Shown here: positions 34,156 through 40,105 of the stretch, one piece after another | Layout of the letters: each line of letters opens with the position of its first letter | Numbering within the stretch: the stretch's first letter is position 1 | Origin: Hydrurus foetidus | Lineage: Eukaryota | Reading direction: 5' to 3' | Assembly (NCBI GenBank): GCA_900617105.1 | Contig: UYFQ01000161.1 | Location: 1 to 40,105 of the forward strand | Length of the DNA stretch: 40,105 bases | Program-made: the position numbers and the translations under genes | The notes under the pieces: model-generated | The model's input: only the letters and a program-made list of their open reading frames with translations | Database searches by the model: none | Told to the model about the DNA's origin: nothing

Positions 34156-36302
34156 AATGGTAGTTGATGAGCGATGTATGCTCGCAACCTTTCCTTTACC
34201 GTCTGTATCTTACGTTCGATTCTCGCCACATGACCCCCTGCCCCGGCGATATCGACTTCCATACCCAACATGTTGAGGTCCTGCTTAATCTTCCCCACTG
34301 CCCCCTCACCGTCACTCATTATCATTCTCGTAACAAAGTTTCTGGAGGCCAGGGTCGCAACGAGTCCGTCGATTCCCTTCTTTACGACGGCTGCCGACCT
34401 CGGACCCTATGCTGAGTCGAATGCCGACAGAGTCACAGCCATTGTTAGGTCCAACGGTGTGGCCAGTCCGATCAGAGACGGCACACCGTCTACGAACATC
34501 ACATCAACCGACAAGACCTGTTTCACTTGCACCACAGCAGCACCCACTGTAATGTCTGCACAGATCGAGACTCTCTTTTTGGTTTTGCTCTTCATCGTTG
34601 CTATATCCTTCCCATATATATCCTCAGCTACAGCGAAGTCTCTAGCTGTCACGTCAAAGTTGGTACCGCGAGTCGCGATGTCGATGGCGTTTCTCACCGA
34701 TGGGAATCCCATCTTAGCCAATAGCAGTCGTGCTCTGTCTGCCCCAGCGATCTCGCGCTTAGTATATCTCGTTAAGTTGTTCTCAACGGTTTCGATCATC
34801 GCATGATCGCTCGGCTCAGGGTAGGTCGTAGGCTCATCCTGCACCATCGTCTTCACATGACAACAGTGGAACCTCCCTTCACTTCCACTAACGTTCTTCC
34901 TACAGAACGAGTATACTCTCCGGCTCCCAGCCGGTTTGAGTATGAACCGGTCGTTCACCTTATCATAGCTCACGTCGTTGCCTCCGTCAACCATTACAGC
35001 ATACGACAAGATGTTTGCTGTGGCTTCTTTGCTGAAGTAGCATCTCCCTACATCTAGGAAGTCTCCTTTCTGGTCTATTGCAACTCCAGACGCTTTGGCT
35101 TGAACCCCGTTCAGCACAACTTTCGTCTCCGACTGTCTCACATTGCTCAGCAGCTCCCGATTGCAGAATACATTCACTGATGCCTGACTGTCCAGAAGCA
35201 CATCGTCCCTTGAGAAAAGGACCCTTTCCACGGTTGTCACGTAAGCTATGTCCTCATCTTCCAGATCTTCCTCGCTATCGTCGCTACCTGACGGTCCTGA
35301 TGTCAGAAACGCTTTCTCGCTTCCCTTCTTTTTCTTACAATCTCTGGCGTGGTGCCCTATCTTCCCGCACACGAAGCATTCCACGATGGATTTGCTTTTC
35401 TTCTTCGTGTCGGGTTTGCCCTTTCCGGCTGGCTTCAGATCGTCGGTCTTGCCGGCATGGTCTGTGTCTGTTACCAGAGCAGAGTGGGTATCGGTATCTG
35501 TACCGGGTGCCCGTGAGAACCCTGGGTCGTTTGTCACATAACCGGTTGCAATGCGCACAGCGGCGATGACCGTCGGCGGGTATGCGTTTGGATCCAGTCT
35601 GTTCGCTGCGTTGCGCATATCTCCCACCATGTTCCCATATCTTGCCTTGTCCAATTTGTACACGAAGTCCATTGCACGTTTGGACTCTGTGATTGCAGGG
35701 ACCCCAGCACCTCTGCAAGCGAGTACCTGCGCTTCAAATCCAATCATGAAATTAGCTAGTTGTTCTCTTTCACCTTGTTAGAGGACCTCATAGCGACACT
35801 CTTGCTCTTTCACGTTGAGCAGTTGCAGGTGGTCTCCTTCGCCGTTTATGTGGGTTAGATGGGTGCGTCTGATGAGATCCCACAGGATCACGCAGTCCTT
35901 GCTGATGTTTGCGGCCGCGTATTCGGCTTGTTCCTGCACCTTACACCGTGATGCGGGTGACATCTTCTGCCACATCAGAGACCAGATTTTGGCCTCGTCT
36001 TCTTTTGCTTGTATGACAGACTTCATACGGGTCGTAAAGACCGTCTCTTTAGTTTTGGTGATTGCCACGGCCTCCGGTTCCCCCTCCGCGGGTACCGGAT
36101 ACACCACTGTAAAATCCTCGTTGCGAGGCAGTGGTGGTACATATCTGATGTTCGTCAGCAGGAAATTGGCAGTGAGCCCATACACGGCGCCCACTGACGT
36201 GCTCATTTCGAGATTCCACGCTACGATGTTGTTGAATTTTCCTATGCGGAGCATGCATTCTGGTGTCGAATCCTTTGCTTCCGCTGCGCGTTTGGGCGGC
36301 AT
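34156..36302 (-). pseudogene. Copia-C gag-PR-IN, one reading frame with stops at 35778-80 and 34407-09
   Basis: The three ORF pieces are in the same frame; CFVCGKIGHHARDC, LLDSQAS, VDVMFV, SDGE, ERKIQ. Confidence 0.92.
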
Positions 36303-36317
36303 CTCTATGCTGTCCTT

Positions 36318-36328
36318 AAGTTTTAATA
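36318..36328 (-). promoter_or_regulatory. Copia-C non-tRNA PBS (TATTAAAACTT) complementary to its LTR at 36417-36427
   Basis: Exact 11-bp inverted match immediately after the 5' LTR. Confidence 0.78.
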
Positions 36329-36606
36329 TGTCAGAAATCCACGATTCAGGTAGCTGCGAAGCGTACGGGAACGTTCTGAGTCTCGTAAAATAACTAGGTG
36401 ATAGTCAAGTACTTGTTATTAAAACTTGTGCGCGGCGTCCCTGTTCACCGTACACGAAGCTTAGTGTTCGCAACACTAACTAACTTATATATATACGCAT
36501 ATCGAATCACACATTCAAAGTGTAGTGCGTTACTTTCAGGCCTGAAAGTAACGTACGTAAGTACACCTCTCTACTAACACCAGTCCTACACACGTAATAT
36601 CCAACA
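36329..36606 (-). repeat. Copia-C 5' LTR
   Basis: TGTTGG...CTGACA on the minus strand; repeat of 28845-29122. Confidence 0.96.
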
Positions 36607-36762
36607 TTTAGATGTAATCGACAGCACGTCACTGTCGTTTAATCCAACTTTCCGAATAGAACGTCTTCTTCTCTTTTGAGCGAGCGTTGCTAGCAGTCGG
36701 AAGTGCAGGGATAGTTTGGGAACTCGGAAGAAATTCCGTGTAAATCGCCCAGATTTCCAACA
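36607..36762 (+). repeat. Copia-B 3' LTR, right part (including the Copia-C TSD)
   Basis: Matches 23084-23239; followed by the TSD ATCTG. Confidence 0.95.
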
Positions 36763-37545
36763 ATCTGGACTCTGTATGTTGGAATTCTGGGCGAATTACA
36801 CGGAATTTCTTCCGAGTTCCCAAACGATCCCTGCACTTCCGACTGCTAGCAACGCTCGCTCAAAAGAGAAGAAGACGTTCTATTCGGTAAGTTGGATTAA
36901 ACGACAGTGACATGCTGTCGATTACATCTAGCTAGCATAACATGAGTGCGAGGGTTGCGGTCAATGTTATCGCTGAATGTACGTACACCCGTGCATGAAA
37001 AACAATCATACATCACACAGGGTACAAGATCCTAGTCTAATCCGGATATCCCAACACACCCCCATGATGGTTATTGTTTGAATAAGTGAATATGTTAATG
37101 AGCATATGCTTATATAGTATACTTATTGGTTATTGTTCATAATGTTTCACACAACACTCAGATAGGGAGCTTAGTGTTAGGGTATGGTAAACAGTAAATT
37201 TTCTTTAAAATATTTTTCACGGAATTTTTTTAAATATTGACAAGTTGCGTCGTGATATGGTGAAAAAGAAAACATGGGTGGTTGGATTAGTAAATGGGTA
37301 TTGCTCGAGAAAAACTATTTGTAAACCGTCAAAAAAGCGTCAGCTGGTGACCGGTCTCGAGTTCGATCCAACCGATGTTGGTGCCCTTAAATCCACTAAA
37401 ACGTCGACATTCGATGTCGCAAAAGCGGTGTATCGATGTCCCTCGCGGTCCTATCAAACAAATGTTGATTTAAAGCGAAATCAGATTTTTTATTTTTATT
37501 TTGTATTTTTATCTAGAAAAAGCGCTATAGGTGGGTAAGTCAAAA

Positions 37546-38246
37546 TCAATAAATATCTAATGCTCTGACTACAACTTGTGCTGTTATGTCGCTCTTATCT
37601 AATTTCCCCTGACCTATTAATTTAATTAACTGTCCTGGGCTGGCGTAACCTAACTTTCTCTGATACTCTCTAGCTAACTCTGCTGACTTAACTTGTCTAG
37701 CTGTATACAGTTTCTTCTTATCCTTAACTGTCATGACCATGATCGATTTATCGAACGATACATTCTTGTAACTGACATTTCTGTCTAAGTCGCATAGATA
37801 TATGTTCGTAGACTGATCATGGACAAATCTATATACAGGTCCTAACTTAATCATCCTAACTTTGTAACAATCCTGGTCACTGTCATAGCTAACTGACTCG
37901 CTCACGCTGACTATGTTACCGAAGGATAATATATTTGCTATACAATTTCTATCGTAGTAAACTGTTCCGAAGTCCGTCTCGCCACACTCTGTGATTATCA
38001 AAGGTTCCCCCTGAGGGTTCACTCCATTAATAATCATCGGGGTAGCGGACGGCGTGGTATATAAAATAAATCTCCACTACAAAATACTGACTCTGCTGCA
38101 CATGTATCTAACAACACTTGTCTATCTGTAAATGTGGAACTGTGTGTATATACATTCGCACTAAAAATCACAGGGTCACCCCCACAATTTTTACTGTTCA
38201 GTGGACAAAAATTCTCGAAGCTGCATGCTTTATCTAACAAAGGCAC
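37546..38246 (-). pseudogene. Copia-B2 protease and pre-integrase remnant
   Basis: Near-identical to 24587-25283; 1-bp frameshift at ~38058; ends at the deletion junction. Confidence 0.92.
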
Positions 38247-38356
38247 AAACGCAGGGTAACCGGTCGACGTTGCAAATACGTCATGCAGTCCGGTTTCCCC
38301 ACACGGAACATTTACATCCTTAGCTAGTGAATCAGGTAAAAAAACATATAAGGGAC

Positions 38357-39544
38357 TTACTTTTCCGAGGAAGTGTGACGCGCAGGTGCGTTCTTCCTCG
38401 GCGGCTTCTTACACTCGTACGCGTAGTGCCCCTCCTCCCCGCAGTTGTTGCAAGCTCCGTAACGGGTACCGTACTCCTGTACGGCACCAACTCTCTCTCT
38501 ATGCGGGGTGGCCTCCCTATCCCTATAGGGAGTGCCTGCCCTCGCCGTACTCTCGCTGCCGGGGGTATCGTACCCTCCCTTCTCAGCTCCGCTGTAGCTG
38601 TTTCCTCCGCGGCCTCTGCCGCCTCTGCCTCCGGAACCCGCTCTCCCACCCCGACTGGCCGCGAAAACGTTTCGCTTCTCCGAGTTCGGGGGAGCTCCTC
38701 CGTGGACGGGCCTTCCCATGAGGAAGTTGGCCGCGTCCTGGTTGGCCTCAGCCATGGTCTGCGGCCATGACCGAACCTTATTTTTAAACGTATTAATATA
38801 ATCTGAATAGTTTGAATTCAATCCAGTTATAAATAATACAGAATAGAACTCATCTGTGTGTTCTGGGGCTTCTTCGTCCGCCATCCTGTAGGCTTCGTTC
38901 TTCACGAACAGCAGCGTCCTACACCTACTATAATAAGCAGCTAGGTCCTCGTGTGCAGTCATTTTATTTGTATAGAAATTTCTAACTGCAGTTATAGTGT
39001 TAAATGTTTCTCCATACCTTTTGTTGCTCATGTGTGTTGCAATCACACATGTCAACAGACCTAGTGGATCACACTCCTCCATAGCTCTCTTCCCAGACGG
39101 CATCTCGTTGACCCTGGTCTGTGAAGCCTCTGACATTTGACCTAATAATACACCATACAATTTCGCGCAGTCTTTTGTAAGTAAATCATCAGCAGCATCA
39201 TATTTCTTACGTGCAGTTTTCCATCGTTCTATCGCGACAAGACCGGCTCCCTCCGGCGGGTCTTCAGGTTCCATCTGCTCCACGTAATCGTAGAGGATGC
39301 CGTCTATACCTATAATCTCTTTAATAGAAGATTCGTAAGTACTGTACATATATACTCTAAAACATTCGAGCCATTTCAACACGGCTTCCGGATCTGCCGC
39401 TTGGCCTCGTGGCAGATCCAGGTAAGCACCTACCTCGGGCTTCCTACCTTTAGGTATGGGTTTATGGGGCTCGCCTTGCCCCCTACCATATCGACCCCTG
39501 CCCCCGCCACGGGACTGGAATCTCCCATCGCCTCGTCCTCTCAT
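38357..39544 (-). CDS. gag: Copia-B2 gag, intact
   Basis: 395 aa, colinear with 23295-24476; CCHC knuckle intact. Confidence 0.93.
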   Translation of the reverse strand: MRGRGDGRFQSRGGGRGRYGRGQGEPHKPIPKGRKPEVGAYLDLPRGQAADPEAVLKWLECFRVYMYSTYESSIKEIIGIDGILYDYVEQMEPEDPPEGAGLVAIERWKTARKKYDAADDLLTKDCAKLYGVLLGQMSEASQTRVNEMPSGKRAMEECDPLGLLTCVIATHMSNKRYGETFNTITAVRNFYTNKMTAHEDLAAYYSRCRTLLFVKNEAYRMADEEAPEHTDEFYSVLFITGLNSNYSDYINTFKNKVRSWPQTMAEANQDAANFLMGRPVHGGAPPNSEKRNVFAASRGGRAGSGGRGGRGRGGNSYSGAEKGGYDTPGSESTARAGTPYRDREATPHRERVGAVQEYGTRYGACNNCGEEGHYAYECKKPPRKNAPARHTSSEK

Positions 39545-40105
39545 CCTTGCAAGATTTTTGCAATTTTCTAGCTAATCTATCTAAGGATGACTGTCGTTTA
39601 TGTTGGAATTCTGGGCGAATTACACGGAATTTCTTCCGAGTTCCCAAACGATCCCTGCACTTCCGACTTCTAGCAACGCTCGCTCAAAAGAGAAGAAGAC
39701 GTTCTATTCGGTAAGTTGGATTAAACGACAGTGACATGCTGTCGATTACATCTAGCTAGCATAACATGAGTGCGAGGGTTGCGGTCAATGTTATCGCTGA
39801 ATGTACGTACACCCGTGCATGAAAAACAATCATACATCACACAGGGTACAAGATCCTAGTCTAATCCGGATATCCCAACACTAGAGTGGTGAAGCAACCT
39901 GGAATTCTGGATCCAAGTTTTTTTTAAATCCGGATTATTTTTCATGATCGGATCCGTGGTGGAGCATGTGAATTCCGGAATTCCGGATCCATGGTACCCC
40001 CAAGAAACCAGTGGGTTCGACTTCTCCCTAGTGCACATATGGGTGAAGAATTCTGAATTATAATATCGACTCAAAATTGATCATGGACTAAAAGCTTTCG
40101 CCAAA

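Larger units (their letters stand above)
28845..36606 (-). mobile_element. Ty1/Copia element (Copia-C) nested in the Copia-B 3' LTR
   Basis: 278-bp LTRs with about 3 differences; imperfect TSD CCTAG/TTTAG; PPT AGGGGTG (minus strand, 29123-29129). Confidence 0.95.
22961..36762 (+). mobile_element. Ty1/Copia element (Copia-B), full length; 3' LTR interrupted by Copia-C
   Basis: TGTTG...CAACA LTRs; TSD ATCTG at 22956-60 and 36763-67; gag-PR-IN-RT-RH; PPT GGGGGTG at 28710-16. Confidence 0.96.
36777..39880 (-). mobile_element. Non-autonomous, internally deleted Copia-B copy (Copia-B2)
   Basis: 280-bp LTRs at 36777-37056 and 39601-39880 with 1 difference seen; PBS at 39590-39600; lacks the equivalent of 25284-28226. 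Confidence 0.95.

Noticed and set aside
36629..36910. Pair of mirrored 64-aa ORFs, and the 23193 upstream extension of gag
   Set aside because: They lie within LTR sequence and have non-ATG starts; they are by-products of the inverted LTRs.
37546..37560. Copia-B2 deletion as a spliced-out intron
   Set aside because: No GT...AG boundaries in any register; the 5-bp TATTT microhomology explains the junction.
39965..40000. Cluster of EcoRI/BamHI/NcoI/KpnI sites resembling a vector polylinker
   Set aside because: The sites are repeated, overlapping variants of one GGATCC/GGAATTCC motif and there is no other vector sequence.

Overview
This is a eukaryotic transposon nest; I see no host gene, RNA gene or CRISPR array. 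The host is probably a protist, possibly a stramenopile (inferred from the element types only). From left to right: a chromodomain Ty3/Gypsy element (1-8569, +) inserted into a divergent Ty1/Copia element (Copia-A, to about 13170, +); a truncated related Gypsy (13587-18470, -); a complete PIF/Harbinger transposon (19587-22895, TCA target-site duplication, TSD); Copia-B (22961-36762, +, TSD ATCTG), whose 3' LTR is split by Copia-C (28845-36606, -), whose integrase is in turn split by a pogo-like DDD transposon (31589-34155); and an internally deleted Copia-B copy (36777-39880, -). Four observations stand out. (1) Two Copia families with unrelated LTRs lack a tRNA primer-binding site (PBS) and instead have exactly 11 nt complementary to their own LTR, as in Tf1-type self-priming. 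(2) Both Gypsy elements have a 12-bp palindrome at the PBS position. (3) The pogo-like element has a 4-bp non-TA TSD and a second, convergent gene that is a catalytically empty paralog of its own DNA-binding domain. (4) Copia-B has gag and pol in a -1 arrangement that is conserved in both copies. Many frameshifts fall in homopolymer runs and may be sequencing errors. All alignments and counts were done by eye.
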